Shown here in pieces: positions 1 through 10,072 of a DNA stretch of 31,128 nt. The notes under the pieces are model-generated. The model was not told where the DNA came from and did no database searches. It was given only the letters and a program-made list of their open reading frames with translations. The number at the start of each line of letters is the position of its first letter. Positions within the stretch are counted from its first letter, which is position 1. This stretch comes from Peduovirus P24E6b, in the sequence record NC_049389.1; one strand, 5' to 3'. Made by a program: the position numbers and the translations under genes.

Positions 1-19
1 GGCGAGGCGGAGACAGGCA
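1..19. other. cos: cos-like cohesive-end sequence at the left terminus
   Basis: Window begins ggcgaggcggagacaggcac, which closely resembles the P2 19-nt cohesive end as I recall it (GGCGAGGCGGGGAAAGCAC). Position immediately next to the portal gene matches P2. Recollection-based, not verified. Confidence 0.45.
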
Positions 20-189
20 CTGCGCGCTGGCGGTGGTGCTGATTTTATTTTTTCAGCGTCTGAGCGCGTCGTGAAGGCGCTTAGTCTGCCCGTTGAGGCG
101 TTGGTTTGCCTGCGGGCTGTTTTGTGCGGTGGTGAGCGTGTGAGGGCGTGATGACGGGATGTAAAAAAGCCGCCCGCAGGCGGCGATGT

Positions 190-1224
190 TCAGCCGTTGT
201 CAGTGTCCAGTGAGTAGTTTTTAAAGCGGATGACCTCCTGACCGAGCCAGCCGTTTATCTCGCGGATCCTGTCCTGTAGCGGGATAAGCTCATTGCGGAC
301 AAAGACCTTTGCCACTTTCTCAATATCTCCCAGTGACCCGACGTTCTCCGGCTTGCCGCCCATCAACTGAAAGGGGATGCGGTGCGCGTCCAGCAGGTCT
401 GCGGCACTGGCTTTTTTGATATTAAAAAAATCGTCCTTCGTTGCCACTTCACTGAGCGGGATAATTTTAATTCCGTCGGCTTTCCCCTGCGGGGCATAGA
501 GAAACAGATTTTTAAAGTTGTTGCGGCCTTTCGACTTCACCATGTTTTCGCGAAGCATTTCGATATCGTTGCGATCCTGCACGGCATCGGTAACGTACAT
601 GATGTATCCGGCATGAGCGCCATTTTCGTAATACTTGCGGCGGAACAGCGTGGCCGACTCATTCAGCCAGGCAGAGTTAAGGGCGCTGAGATATTCCGGC
701 AGGCCGTACAGCTCCTGATTAATATCCGGCTCCAGCAGGTGAAACACGGAGCCGGGCGCGAAAGGTGTCGGCTCATGGAAGGACGGCACCCACCAGTAAA
801 CATCCTCTTCCACGCCACGGCGGGTATATTTTGCCGGTGAGGTTTCCAGTCTGATGACCTTACCGGTGGTGCTGTAACGCTTTTCCAGAAACGCATTACC
901 GAACACCAGAAAATCCAGCACAAAGCGGCTGAAATCCTGCTGGGAAAGCCACGGATGCGGGATAAATGTCGAGGCCAGAATATTGCGTTTGACGTAAATC
1001 GGGGAGCTGTGATGCACGGCAGCACGCAGGCTTTTTGCCAGACCGGTAAAGCTGACCGGTGGCTCATACCATCTGCCGTTACTGATGCACTCGACGTAAT
1101 CCAGAATGTCACGGCGGTCGAGTACCGGCACCGGCTCACCAAAGGTGAATGCCTCCATTTTCGGGGCGCTGGCGGTCATTTTTTTTGCCGCAGGTTGCGG
1201 TGTTTTCCCTTTTTTCTTGCTCAT
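190..1224 (-). CDS. Q: portal (capsid portal) protein, P2 gpQ-like
   Basis: 344-aa ORF, same length as P2 Q as I recall; first gene next to cos, transcribed leftward and followed by the large terminase, as in P2. Confidence 0.85.
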   Translation of the reverse strand: MSKKKGKTPQPAAKKMTASAPKMEAFTFGEPVPVLDRRDILDYVECISNGRWYEPPVSFTGLAKSLRAAVHHSSPIYVKRNILASTFIPHPWLSQQDFSRFVLDFLVFGNAFLEKRYSTTGKVIRLETSPAKYTRRGVEEDVYWWVPSFHEPTPFAPGSVFHLLEPDINQELYGLPEYLSALNSAWLNESATLFRRKYYENGAHAGYIMYVTDAVQDRNDIEMLRENMVKSKGRNNFKNLFLYAPQGKADGIKIIPLSEVATKDDFFNIKKASAADLLDAHRIPFQLMGGKPENVGSLGDIEKVAKVFVRNELIPLQDRIREINGWLGQEVIRFKNYSLDTDNG

Positions 1225-2996
1225 CAGTAAAACTCCAGAATGGTGGATGTCAGCGGGGTGCTGATACCGGCGGTGAGTGGCTCATTTAACAGGGCGTGCA
1301 TGGTCGCCCAGGCGAGGTCGGCGTGGCTGGCTTCCTCGCTGCGGCTGGCCTCATAGGTGGCGCTGCGTCCGCTGCTGGTCATGGTCTTGCGGATAGCCAT
1401 AAACGAGCTGGTGATGTCGGTGGCGCTGACGTCATATTCCAGACAGCCACGGCGAATAACGTCTTTTGCCTTGAGCACCATTGCGGTTTTCATTTCCGGC
1501 GTGTAGCGGATATCGCGCGCGGCGGGATAGAACGAGCGCACGAGCTGGAACACGCCGACACCGAGGCCGGTGGCATCAATACCGATGTATTCGACGTTGT
1601 ATTTTTCGGTGAGTTTGCGGATGGATTCCGCCTGAGTGGCAAAGTCCATGCCTTTCCACTGGTGACGCTCAAGTATTCTGAATTTGCCACCGGCCACCAC
1701 CGGCGGTGCCAGCACCACGCATCCGGCGCTGTCGCCACGGTGTGACGGGTCGTAACCAATCCATACCGGGCGGGAGCCGAACGGATTGGCGGCAAACGGC
1801 GCATAGTCTTCCCATTCTTCCAGCGTGTCGACCATGCAGCGTTGCAGCTCCTCAAACGGGAACACCGACGCCTTGTCGTCAACAAATTCACACATGAACA
1901 GGTTTTTAAAATCGTCGGCGCTGTTTTCGCGTTTGAGCTGCTCAATGTCGAACAGCGTGCAGCCGCCTTTCAGGGCATCCTCAATGGTGACAATCTGCCG
2001 CCACTGGCCGTCCGCACAGAGAAGCCCACCGGCAAGGGCGTTATGACTGACGTCGATTTCCACGCGTTCGGCGGCGCTGGCGCGTCCCCGGTTGAACAGT
2101 TCACCCGACCAGAACGGGTAGGCGTCGTGCGCCAGCGTGGACGGGGTGGAGAAATAGGTCGAACGCAGGTGACTCTGTGAGGCCATACCTGATGCCACCT
2201 TACGCAGTACCTGAAAATTCGGGATCCAGAAAATCTCGTCGACGTACAGGTCGCCGTTATGGCTCTGTGCGGTGTTGGAGTTGGTGCCGAGAAAAATCAG
2301 TTTTGCGCCGTTATTGCCCAGGACAATCGGGTCACCGGTCAGGTCAACGTCAACCAGACGGGCAAAGGCGATGATGTATTCGCGGAACACATACGCCTGC
2401 GTTTTACTGGCCGACAGAAAAATCTGGTTATGGCCGGTTTTCAGGGCGCGCAGCAGCGCCTCGCGGGAAAAATAAAACGTCGCGCCAATCTGGCGGGATT
2501 TCAGGATATCGCGGATGCGGTGCTCAAGCCCGGCGCGATACCAGTGCAACTGATAGTCGAAAGACTGCTCAAAGAAAATCTGCTCCAGCTTTTCGATGGC
2601 CTCGTCACTGAAAAAATTCTTTTTCGGTTTGCGCCGCCCGCCTTTGTTGCGGTTAGCGACGTTCGGATTAAGGTCTGCCTCGTTGCCGGTCTGACTGTAA
2701 CGGTTTACCCGTGCCAGTCGTTCAATCTGGCGTCCCAGCAGGTCAATTTCCTTGAAGTCACCGCCGGTTTTCTGCGGTTTGATAATGAGCTGGGTCAGCC
2801 GCGCTTCCAGGCTCATTTCGACACGGCTGATGGGGGCAACGCTGTCCCAGCCGTCGCGCTGTTTCCAGCTCTGCACCGTCGGGCGTTTCATCTGCAACAT
2901 GGCGGCAATCTGCGGCACGGAAAACCCCTGCCAGTACAGCAGCGCCGCCTGACGACGCGGGTCGTGCAAAAGAGTGGTGTCTGTGGTGATGGTCAT
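1224..2996 (-). CDS. P: terminase large (ATPase) subunit, P2 gpP-like
   Basis: ORF runs to 3026 but an internal ATG at 2996 has a GAGGT Shine-Dalgarno 5 nt upstream (minus strand) and gives 590 aa. Position beside the portal and divergent from the scaffold gene matches P2. Confidence 0.85.
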   Translation of the reverse strand: MTITTDTTLLHDPRRQAALLYWQGFSVPQIAAMLQMKRPTVQSWKQRDGWDSVAPISRVEMSLEARLTQLIIKPQKTGGDFKEIDLLGRQIERLARVNRYSQTGNEADLNPNVANRNKGGRRKPKKNFFSDEAIEKLEQIFFEQSFDYQLHWYRAGLEHRIRDILKSRQIGATFYFSREALLRALKTGHNQIFLSASKTQAYVFREYIIAFARLVDVDLTGDPIVLGNNGAKLIFLGTNSNTAQSHNGDLYVDEIFWIPNFQVLRKVASGMASQSHLRSTYFSTPSTLAHDAYPFWSGELFNRGRASAAERVEIDVSHNALAGGLLCADGQWRQIVTIEDALKGGCTLFDIEQLKRENSADDFKNLFMCEFVDDKASVFPFEELQRCMVDTLEEWEDYAPFAANPFGSRPVWIGYDPSHRGDSAGCVVLAPPVVAGGKFRILERHQWKGMDFATQAESIRKLTEKYNVEYIGIDATGLGVGVFQLVRSFYPAARDIRYTPEMKTAMVLKAKDVIRRGCLEYDVSATDITSSFMAIRKTMTSSGRSATYEASRSEEASHADLAWATMHALLNEPLTAGISTPLTSTILEFY

Positions 2997-3169
2997 GAAT
3001 ACCTCGCCGTGATGAATACACGGCAAGGCTACTGAGTCGCGCCCCGCGATTCGCTAAGGTGCTGTTGTGTCAGTGATAAGCCATCCGGGACTGATGGCGG
3101 AGGATGCGCATCGTCGGGAAACTGATGCCGACATGTGACTCCTCTAATCACTATTCAGGACTCCTGACA

Positions 3170-4024
3170 ATGGCAAAAAAAGTCTCAAAATTCTTTCGTA
3201 TCGGCGTTGAGGGTGACACCTGTGACGGGCGTGTCATCAGTGCGCAGGATATTCAGGAAATGGCCGAAACCTTTGACCCGCGTGTCTATGGTTGCCGTAT
3301 TAACCTGGAACATCTGCGCGGCATCCTGCCTGACGGTATTTTTAAACGTTATGGTGATGTGGCCGAACTGAAGGCCGAAAAGATTGACGATGATTCGGCG
3401 CTGAAAGGCAAATGGGCGCTGTTTGCGAAAATCACCCCGACCGATGACCTTATCGCGATGAACAAGGCCGCGCAGAAGGTCTATACCTCAATGGAAATTC
3501 AGCCGAACTTTGCCAATACCGGCAAATGTTATCTGGTGGGTCTGGCCGTCACCGATGACCCGGCAAGCCTCGGCACGGAATACCTGGAATTCTGCCGCAC
3601 GGCAAAACACAACCCCCTGAACCGCTTCAAATTAAGCCCTGAAAACCTGATTTCAGTGGCAACGCCCGTTGAGCTGGAATTTGAAGACCTGCCTGAAACC
3701 GTGTTCACCGCCCTGACCGAAAAGGTGAAGTCCATTTTTGGCCGCAAACAGGCCAGCGATGACGCCCGTCTGAATGACGTGCATGAAGCGGTGACCGCTG
3801 TTGCTGAACATGTGCAGGAAAAACTGAGCGCCACTGAGCAGCGCCTCGCTGAGATGGAAACCGCCTTTTCCGCTCTTAAGCAGGAGGTGACTGACAGGGC
3901 GGATGAAACCAGCCAGGCATTCACCCGCCTGAAAAACAGTCTCGACCACACCGAAAGTCTGACCCAGCAGCGCCGCAGCAAGGCCACCGGTGGTGGCGGT
4001 GACGCCCTGATGACGAACTGCTGA
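3170..4024 (+). CDS. O: capsid scaffolding protein, P2 gpO-like
   Basis: ORF starts at 3104, but ATG at 3170 (MAKKVSKFF...) gives 284 aa, the P2 O length as I recall. Acidic, coiled-coil-like C-terminal part; directly upstream of the major capsid gene. Confidence 0.8.
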   Translation: MAKKVSKFFRIGVEGDTCDGRVISAQDIQEMAETFDPRVYGCRINLEHLRGILPDGIFKRYGDVAELKAEKIDDDSALKGKWALFAKITPTDDLIAMNKAAQKVYTSMEIQPNFANTGKCYLVGLAVTDDPASLGTEYLEFCRTAKHNPLNRFKLSPENLISVATPVELEFEDLPETVFTALTEKVKSIFGRKQASDDARLNDVHEAVTAVAEHVQEKLSATEQRLAEMETAFSALKQEVTDRADETSQAFTRLKNSLDHTESLTQQRRSKATGGGGDALMTNC

Positions 4025-4082
4025 CCGGCGTCAGTCAGTCCGGGAAAACCTTCACGATTAACCCTTAATTTCAGGAAAAACT

Positions 4083-5156
4083 ATGCGCCAGGAAACCCGC
4101 TTTAAATTTAATGCCTACCTGTCCCGTGTTGCCGAACTGAACGGCATCGACGCCGGTGATGTGTCGAAAAAATTCACCGTTGAACCGTCGGTCACCCAGA
4201 CCCTGATGAACACCATGCAGGAGTCCTCTGACTTTCTGACCCGCATCAACATTGTGCCGGTCAGCGAAATGAAAGGGGAAAAAATTGGCATCGGTGTCAC
4301 CGGCTCCATCGCCAGCACCACCGACACCGCCGGTGGCACCGAGCGTCAGCCGAAGGACTTCTCGAAGCTGGCGTCTAACAAGTACGAATGCGACCAGATT
4401 AACTTCGATTTTTATATCCGCTACAAAACGCTGGACCTGTGGGCGCGTTATCAGGATTTCCAGCTCCGTGTCCGTAACGCCATTATCAAACGCCAGTCCC
4501 TTGATTTAATCATGGCCGGTTTTAACGGTGTGAGGCGTGCCGAAACCTCTGACCGCAGCAGCAATCCGATGCTGCAGGATGTGGCGGTCGGCTGGCTGCA
4601 GAAATACCGCAATGAAGCCCCGGCGCGCGTGATGAGCAAGGTCACTGACGAGGAAGGGCACACCACCTCTGAGGTTATCCGCGTGGGTAAGGGCGGTGAT
4701 TATGCCAGCCTTGACGCACTGGTGATGGATGCGACCAACAACCTGATTGAGCCGTGGTATCAGGAAGACCCTGACCTTGTGGTGATTGTGGGACGTCAGC
4801 TACTGGCGGACAAGTATTTTCCCATCGTCAACAAGGAGCAGGACAACAGCGAAATACTGGCCGCTGACGTCATCATCAGCCAGAAACGCATCGGTAACCT
4901 GCCGGCGGTACGCGTCCCGTACTTCCCGGCGGATGCGATGCTCATCACAAAGCTGGAAAACCTGTCCATCTACTACATGGATGACAGCCATCGCCGCGTG
5001 ATTGAGGAAAACCCGAAACTCGACCGCGTGGAGAACTACGAGTCAATGAACATTGATTACGTAGTGGAAGACTACGCCGCCGGTTGTCTGGTGGAAAAAA
5101 TTAAGGTCGGTGATTTCTCCACACTGGCTAAAGCGACCGCAGAGCCGGGAGCGTAA
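4083..5156 (+). CDS. N: major capsid protein, P2 gpN-like
   Basis: 357-aa ORF between the scaffold and small terminase genes; length and position match P2 N. Confidence 0.85.
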   Translation: MRQETRFKFNAYLSRVAELNGIDAGDVSKKFTVEPSVTQTLMNTMQESSDFLTRINIVPVSEMKGEKIGIGVTGSIASTTDTAGGTERQPKDFSKLASNKYECDQINFDFYIRYKTLDLWARYQDFQLRVRNAIIKRQSLDLIMAGFNGVRRAETSDRSSNPMLQDVAVGWLQKYRNEAPARVMSKVTDEEGHTTSEVIRVGKGGDYASLDALVMDATNNLIEPWYQEDPDLVVIVGRQLLADKYFPIVNKEQDNSEILAADVIISQKRIGNLPAVRVPYFPADAMLITKLENLSIYYMDDSHRRVIEENPKLDRVENYESMNIDYVVEDYAAGCLVEKIKVGDFSTLAKATAEPGA

Positions 5157-5159
5157 CCG

Positions 5160-5903
5160 ATGACGAGTCCCGCACAGCGCCACATGATGCGGGTCTCGGC
5201 AGCGATGACCGCGCAGCGGGAAGCCGCCCCGCTGCGACATGCAACTGTCTATGAGCAGATGCTGGTTAAGCTCGCCGCAGACCAGCGCACACTGAAAGCG
5301 ATTTATTCAAAAGAGCTGAAGGCCGCGAAAAAACGCGAACTGCTGCCGTTCTGGTTGCCGTGGGTGAACGGCGTGCTGGAGCAGGGCAAAGGTGCACAGG
5401 ATGACATTCTGATGACGGTCATGCTGTGGCGTCTGGATACCGGCGATATTGCCGGTGCGCTGGAGATTGCCCGTTATGCCCTGAAGTACGGTCTGACCAT
5501 GCCGGGTAAACACCGCCGTACCCCGCCGTACATGTTCACCGAGGAGGTAGCGCTTGCGGCCATGCGCGCTCACGCTGCCGGTGAGTCTGTGGATACCCGC
5601 CTGCTGACGGAGACCCTTGAACTGACCGCCACGGCTGACATGCCTGATGAAGTGCGCGCAAAGCTGCACAAAATCACCGGTCTGTTTCTGCGTGACGGTG
5701 GTGATGCCGCCGGTGCGCTGGCTCACCTGCAACGTGCGACACAGCTCGACTGTCAGGCAGGTGTCAAAAAAGAGATTGAACGACTGGAGCGGGAGCTGAA
5801 ACCGAAGCCGGAGCCGCAGCCCAAAGCGGCCACCCGTACCCCGCGTAAGAGCCGGAGCGTGACACCGGCAAAACGTGGACGCCCGAAAAAGAAAGCCAGT
5901 TAA
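5160..5903 (+). CDS. M: terminase small (endonuclease) subunit, P2 gpM-like
   Basis: 247-aa ORF with a basic K/R-rich C-terminal tail (PKPEPQPKAATRTPRKSRSVTPAKRGRPKKKAS); length and position match P2 M. Confidence 0.8.
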   Translation: MTSPAQRHMMRVSAAMTAQREAAPLRHATVYEQMLVKLAADQRTLKAIYSKELKAAKKRELLPFWLPWVNGVLEQGKGAQDDILMTVMLWRLDTGDIAGALEIARYALKYGLTMPGKHRRTPPYMFTEEVALAAMRAHAAGESVDTRLLTETLELTATADMPDEVRAKLHKITGLFLRDGGDAAGALAHLQRATQLDCQAGVKKEIERLERELKPKPEPQPKAATRTPRKSRSVTPAKRGRPKKKAS

Positions 5904-6002
5904 CAACCGAATGCGCCCCGCGCCAGGGCGGCACGCCGGTCAGTGAGGGTGAATCACCTGACGCTGTACCGGCGTCCACCGCCCGACTTTTCAGAGGTAG
6001 TC

Positions 6003-6512
6003 ATGATGACGCTGATTATTCCGCGAAAGGAGGCTCCCGTGTCCGGTGAGGGTACGGTGGTCATCCCGCAACCGGCAGGCGACGAGCCGGTGATTAAAAA
6101 CACGTTCTTTTTTCCCGATATCGACCCGAAGCGCGTCCGGGAACGTATGCGCCTTGAGCAGACCGTCGCCCCCGCCCGTCTGCGTGAGGCCATCAAGTCA
6201 GGCATGGCGGAGACGAATGCGGAGCTGTACGAGTACCGCGAACAGAAAATTGCCGCCGGTTTTACGCGTCTGGCGGACGTTCCGGCGGACGACATCGACG
6301 GTGAAAGCATCAAAGTTTTTTACTACGAGCGCGCCGTGTGTGCGATGGCGACCGCGTCGCTTTATGAGCGTTATCGCGGCGTGGATGCCAGTGCGAAAGG
6401 CGACAAGAAGGCCGACAGCATTGACAGCACCATTGATGAGCTGTGGCGGGATATGCGCTGGGCAGTGGCGCGCATCCAGGACAAGCCGCGCTGCATCGTG
6501 AGCCAAATCTGA
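6003..6512 (+). CDS. L: head completion/stabilization protein, P2 gpL-like
   Basis: ORF begins 5943; ATG at 6003 preceded by GAGGT gives 169 aa (MMTLIIPRKEAP...). Position after M as in P2. Confidence 0.75.
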   Translation: MMTLIIPRKEAPVSGEGTVVIPQPAGDEPVIKNTFFFPDIDPKRVRERMRLEQTVAPARLREAIKSGMAETNAELYEYREQKIAAGFTRLADVPADDIDGESIKVFYYERAVCAMATASLYERYRGVDASAKGDKKADSIDSTIDELWRDMRWAVARIQDKPRCIVSQI

Positions 6513-6715
6513 TGAAGACCTTTGCGCTACAGGGCGACACGCTCGACGCCATTTGTGTCCGGTATTACGGGCGCACTGAGGGCGTGGTTGAGACCGTGCT
6601 CGCCGCAAATTCGGGACTGGCTGAACTGGGGGCGGTGCTGCCACATGGCACCGCCGTCGAACTGCCCGACGTTCAGACCGCGCCCGTGGCTGAAACTGTC
6701 AATCTGTGGGAGTAA
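6512..6715 (+). CDS. X: tail protein X, P2 gpX-like
   Basis: ATG at 6512 overlaps the L stop (ATGA-type coupling); 67 aa (MKTFALQGDTLDAICVRYYG...); order L-X-Y as in P2. Confidence 0.75.
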   Translation: MKTFALQGDTLDAICVRYYGRTEGVVETVLAANSGLAELGAVLPHGTAVELPDVQTAPVAETVNLWE

Positions 6716-6718
6716 CGC

Positions 6719-7000
6719 ATGACAGCAGAAGAAAAAAGCGTCCTGTCGCTTTTCATGATTGGGGTGCTGATTGTTGTCGGCAAGGTGCTTGCCGGTGGTG
6801 AACCCATCACCCCGCGTCTGTTTATCGGGCGCATGTTGCTCGGTGGTTTTGTCTCGATGGTTGCCGGTGTTGTTCTGGTGCAGTTTCCTGACCTGTCACT
6901 GCCTGCGGTGTGCGGTATCGGCTCCATGCTGGGTATCGCCGGTTATCAGGTGATTGAGATTGCCATTCAGCGCCGTTTTAAGGGCAGGGGGAAACCGTAA
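6719..7000 (+). CDS. Y: holin, P2 gpY-like
   Basis: 93-aa protein with hydrophobic transmembrane stretches (VLSLFMIGVLIVVGKVLAGG, LLGGFVSMVAGVVLV) and a charged C-terminus; immediately upstream of the endolysin. Confidence 0.8.
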   Translation: MTAEEKSVLSLFMIGVLIVVGKVLAGGEPITPRLFIGRMLLGGFVSMVAGVVLVQFPDLSLPAVCGIGSMLGIAGYQVIEIAIQRRFKGRGKP

Positions 7001-7497
7001 TGCCGGTAATTAACACGCATCAGAATATCGCCGCCTTTCTCGACATGCTGGCCGTGTCCGAAGGGACGGCGAATCATCCGCTGACGAAAAACCGGGGCTA
7101 TGACGTGATAGTCACCGGACTGGACGGGAAGCCGGAAATTTTCACCGACTACAGTGACCACCCGTTCGCGCATGGCCGACCGGCGAAGGTGTTTAACCGT
7201 CGCGGTGAAAAATCCACGGCCTCCGGTCGCTATCAGCAGCTTTACCTGTTCTGGCCGCATTACCGCAAACAGCTTGCCCTGCCGGATTTCAGTCCGTTGT
7301 CACAGGACAGACTCGCCATTCAGTTGATCCGCGAACGCGGTGCGCTGGATGACATCCGGGCGGGATGTATTGAGCGCGCCATTTCACGCTGTCGCAATAT
7401 CTGGGCGTCCCTGCCGGGTGCCGGTTACGGTCAGCGTGAGCATTCACTGGAAAAACTGGTCACCGTCTGGCGTACCGCTGGCGGCGTACCGGCTTAA
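7000..7497 (+). CDS. K: endolysin (lysozyme-like), P2 gpK-like
   Basis: 165-aa ORF following the holin, start overlapping the holin stop; size and position match P2 K. Confidence 0.8.
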   Translation: MPVINTHQNIAAFLDMLAVSEGTANHPLTKNRGYDVIVTGLDGKPEIFTDYSDHPFAHGRPAKVFNRRGEKSTASGRYQQLYLFWPHYRKQLALPDFSPLSQDRLAIQLIRERGALDDIRAGCIERAISRCRNIWASLPGAGYGQREHSLEKLVTVWRTAGGVPA

Positions 7498-7511
7498 ACG
7501 GAGTAAACACC

Positions 7512-7937
7512 ATGAAGAAATTATCCCTTTCACTGATGCTGAACGTGTCGCTGGCGCTGATGCTGGCACTGTCCCTGATTTACCCGCAGAGCGTGGCCGT
7601 CAGTTTTGTCGCCGCATGGGCGATTCTGGCGATGGTTATCTGTGTGTTTGCCGGTGGTGTCGGCGTGTATGCCACTGAGTATGTGCTGGAACGCTACGGG
7701 CGGGAGCTGCCGCCGGAATCGCTGGCCGTGAAGATTGTCACGTCGCTGTTTTTGCAGCCGGTGCCGTGGCGCAGACGGGCGGCGGCTCTGGTTGTGATGG
7801 TGGCGACATTTATCTCGCTGGTCGCTGCCGGGTGGATTTTTACCGCGCTGATTTATCTCGTGGCGTCGCTGTTTTTCCGGCTGATACGCACGGCCTGCCG
7901 TCAGCGTCTTGAGGGGCGGGAACCATGTCAAGGCTGA
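7512..7937 (+). CDS. lysA: lysis regulatory membrane protein LysA-like
   Basis: 141-aa, strongly hydrophobic multi-TM protein following the endolysin; matches P2 lysA position and length. Confidence 0.7.
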   Translation: MKKLSLSLMLNVSLALMLALSLIYPQSVAVSFVAAWAILAMVICVFAGGVGVYATEYVLERYGRELPPESLAVKIVTSLFLQPVPWRRRAAALVVMVATFISLVAAGWIFTALIYLVASLFFRLIRTACRQRLEGREPCQG

Positions 7938-8368
7938 TGATTGTGATGGTTGTGTTGTTATCGCTGGCGGTGGCGGGGCTGTTTCTGGCGAAGCATGAAA
8001 ACGCCAGCCTGCGCGCCTCGCTGGACAGGGCGAACAACGTCGCCAGCGGGCAGCAGACGACCATCACCATGCTGAAAAATCAGCTTCATGTTGCCCTCAC
8101 CAGAGCAGACAAAAACGAGCTGGCGCAGGTGGTACTGCGTCAGGAACTGGAGAACGCCGCGAAGCGTGAAGCACAGCGCGAGAAAACCATCACGAGATTA
8201 CTGAATGAAAACGAAGATTTTCGCCGCTGGTACGGCGCTGACCTGCCTGATGCTGTGCGCCGGTTGCACCAGCGCCCCGCCTGCACCGATGCCAGTGATT
8301 GTCCACAACGCCTGCCCGAAAGTGAGTCTTTGCCCGATGCCGGGCAGCGACCCGGAGACGAACGGTGA
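7925..8368 (+). CDS. lysB: inner-membrane spanin component (Rz-like), LysB-like
   Basis: 147 aa with N-terminal TM helix (LMIVMVVLLSLAVAGLFLA), coiled-coil-like middle and proline-rich C-terminus; contains the embedded lysC frame. Confidence 0.75.
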   Translation: MSRLMIVMVVLLSLAVAGLFLAKHENASLRASLDRANNVASGQQTTITMLKNQLHVALTRADKNELAQVVLRQELENAAKREAQREKTITRLLNENEDFRRWYGADLPDAVRRLHQRPACTDASDCPQRLPESESLPDAGQRPGDER

Positions 8369-8495
8369 TTTAAGTGCCGATATCCGGCAGCTTGAGAACG
8401 CGCTGGCGCGCTGTGCCAGCCAGGTAAAAATGATTAAACACTGTCAGGACGAAAACGATGCTCAAACCCGACAGCCTGCGCAGGGCGCTGACTGA
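8205..8495 (+). CDS. lysC: outer-membrane lipoprotein spanin component (Rz1-like), LysC-like
   Basis: 96-aa ORF in the +1 frame inside lysB; N-terminal lipoprotein signal with lipobox (MKTKIFAAGTALTCLMLCAGC) and a proline-rich region, typical of embedded o-spanins. Confidence 0.7.
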   Translation: MKTKIFAAGTALTCLMLCAGCTSAPPAPMPVIVHNACPKVSLCPMPGSDPETNGDLSADIRQLENALARCASQVKMIKHCQDENDAQTRQPAQGAD

Positions 8496-8925
8496 TGCCG
8501 TCACGGTGCTGAAAACTAACCCCGATATGCTGCGGATATTCGTGGATAACGGGAGTATTGCCTCCACACTGGCGGCGTCGTTGTCATTCGAAAAGCGTTA
8601 CACGCTCAATGTCATTGTGACCGACTTTACCGGTGATTTTGACCTGCTCATCGTGCCGGTGCTGGCGTGGCTGCGGGAAAATCAGCCCGACATCATGACC
8701 ACCGACGAAGGTCAGAAAAAGGGCTTCACGTTTTATGCAGACATCAACAATGACAGCAGCTTTGATATCAGCATCAGCCTGATGCTGACCGAGCGCACGC
8801 TGGTCAGTGAGGTGGACGGCGCACTGCATGTGAAGAATATCCCGGAACCCCCGCCGCCGGAGCCGGTCACCCGCCCGATGGAGCTGTATATCAATGGCGA
8901 ACTGGTGAGCAAGTGGGATGAATGA
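8458..8925 (+). CDS. R: tail completion protein, P2 gpR-like
   Basis: 155-aa ORF; order R-S after the lysis cassette as in P2; length matches. Confidence 0.75.
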   Translation: MLKPDSLRRALTDAVTVLKTNPDMLRIFVDNGSIASTLAASLSFEKRYTLNVIVTDFTGDFDLLIVPVLAWLRENQPDIMTTDEGQKKGFTFYADINNDSSFDISISLMLTERTLVSEVDGALHVKNIPEPPPPEPVTRPMELYINGELVSKWDE

Positions 8926-9370
8926 GTTTAAGCGTTTTGAAGACCGGCTGACCGGACTGATTGAATCGCTGTCACCGTCAGGGCGTCGGCGACTGAGTGC
9001 CGAACTGGCGAAGCGTCTGCGGCAGAGTCAGCAGCGTCGGGTGATGGCACAGAAAGCCCCGGACGGCACACCCTACGCGCCACGTCAGCAGCAGAGCGCC
9101 AGAAAAAAGACCGGTCGCGTTAAGCGAAAAATGTTTGCGAAACTTATCACCAGTCGTTTTTTGCATATCCGCGCCAGCCCTGAACAGGCCTCAATGGAGT
9201 TTTACGGCGGAAAGTCACCGAAAATCGCCAGTGTGCATCAGTTCGGTCTGTCGGAAGAAAACCGGAAAGACGGTAAGAAGATTGATTATCCGGCGCGTCC
9301 TCTGCTCGGCTTTACCGGTGAGGATGTGCAGATGATTGAAGAGATTATCCAGGCTCACCTTGACCGTTAG
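8918..9370 (+). CDS. S: tail completion protein, P2 gpS-like
   Basis: 150-aa ORF overlapping the R stop; length and position match P2 S. Confidence 0.75.
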   Translation: MNEFKRFEDRLTGLIESLSPSGRRRLSAELAKRLRQSQQRRVMAQKAPDGTPYAPRQQQSARKKTGRVKRKMFAKLITSRFLHIRASPEQASMEFYGGKSPKIASVHQFGLSEENRKDGKKIDYPARPLLGFTGEDVQMIEEIIQAHLDR

Positions 9371-9436
9371 TTGTGCCATTCCCGACACCTCATCGTCACA
9401 TTGCCGACGGTATGACCCGGCGGCATCCTTCCCGTT

Positions 9437-10072
9437 ATGAACACTCTCGCAAATATTCAGGAACTCGCGCGCGCACTGCGCAACATGATTCGCACCGGCA
9501 TTATCGTCGAAACCGACCTTAATGCCGGTCGCTGCCGTGTGCAGACCGGCGGCATGTGCACCGACTGGCTTCAGTGGCTGACTCATCGTGCCGGACGTTC
9601 ACGCACATGGTGGGCACCTTCGGTGGGGGAGCAGGTGCTGATTCTGTCCGTGGGCGGCGAACTCGACACGGCGTTTGTTCTGCCGGGGATTTATTCCGGT
9701 GATAACCCCGCGCCGTCTGCGTCGGCGGATGCCCTGTACATCCGTTTCCCTGACGGGGCGGTGATTGAGTATGAACCTGAAACCAGTGCACTGACGGTAA
9801 GCGGAATTAAAACGGCCAGCGTGACGGCTTCTGATTCTGTTATCGCCACGGTGCCGGTGGTCATGGTGAAAGCGTCAACTCGCATCACCCTGGACACACC
9901 GGAGGTGGTCTGCACCAACAGGCTGATTACCGGCACGCTGGAAGTACAGAAGGGCGGGACGATGCGCGGCAACATTGAACACACCGGCGGTGAACTCTCA
10001 TCAAATGGTAAGGTACTGCATACCCATAAACACCCCGGCGACAGCGGCGGCACAACCGGGAGCCCTCTATGA
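9437..10072 (+). CDS. V: baseplate central spike protein, P2 gpV-like
   Basis: 211-aa ORF opening the baseplate block V-W-J-I; preceded by a 66-bp intergenic gap (candidate late promoter). Confidence 0.8.
   Translation: MNTLANIQELARALRNMIRTGIIVETDLNAGRCRVQTGGMCTDWLQWLTHRAGRSRTWWAPSVGEQVLILSVGGELDTAFVLPGIYSGDNPAPSASADALYIRFPDGAVIEYEPETSALTVSGIKTASVTASDSVIATVPVVMVKASTRITLDTPEVVCTNRLITGTLEVQKGGTMRGNIEHTGGELSSNGKVLHTHKHPGDSGGTTGSPL

Noticed and set aside
382-1142. Overlapping 152-aa (+) and 159-aa (-) ORFs inside the portal gene
   Set aside because: Alternative or antisense frames of portal gene Q; the 344-aa portal reading frame is the one consistent with P2 synteny.
2259-3035. 258-aa plus-strand ORF overlapping the terminase large subunit gene
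   Set aside because: Lies antisense within a well-supported gene in GC-rich DNA where long spurious ORFs are common; no ribosome-binding site context and no independent evidence.
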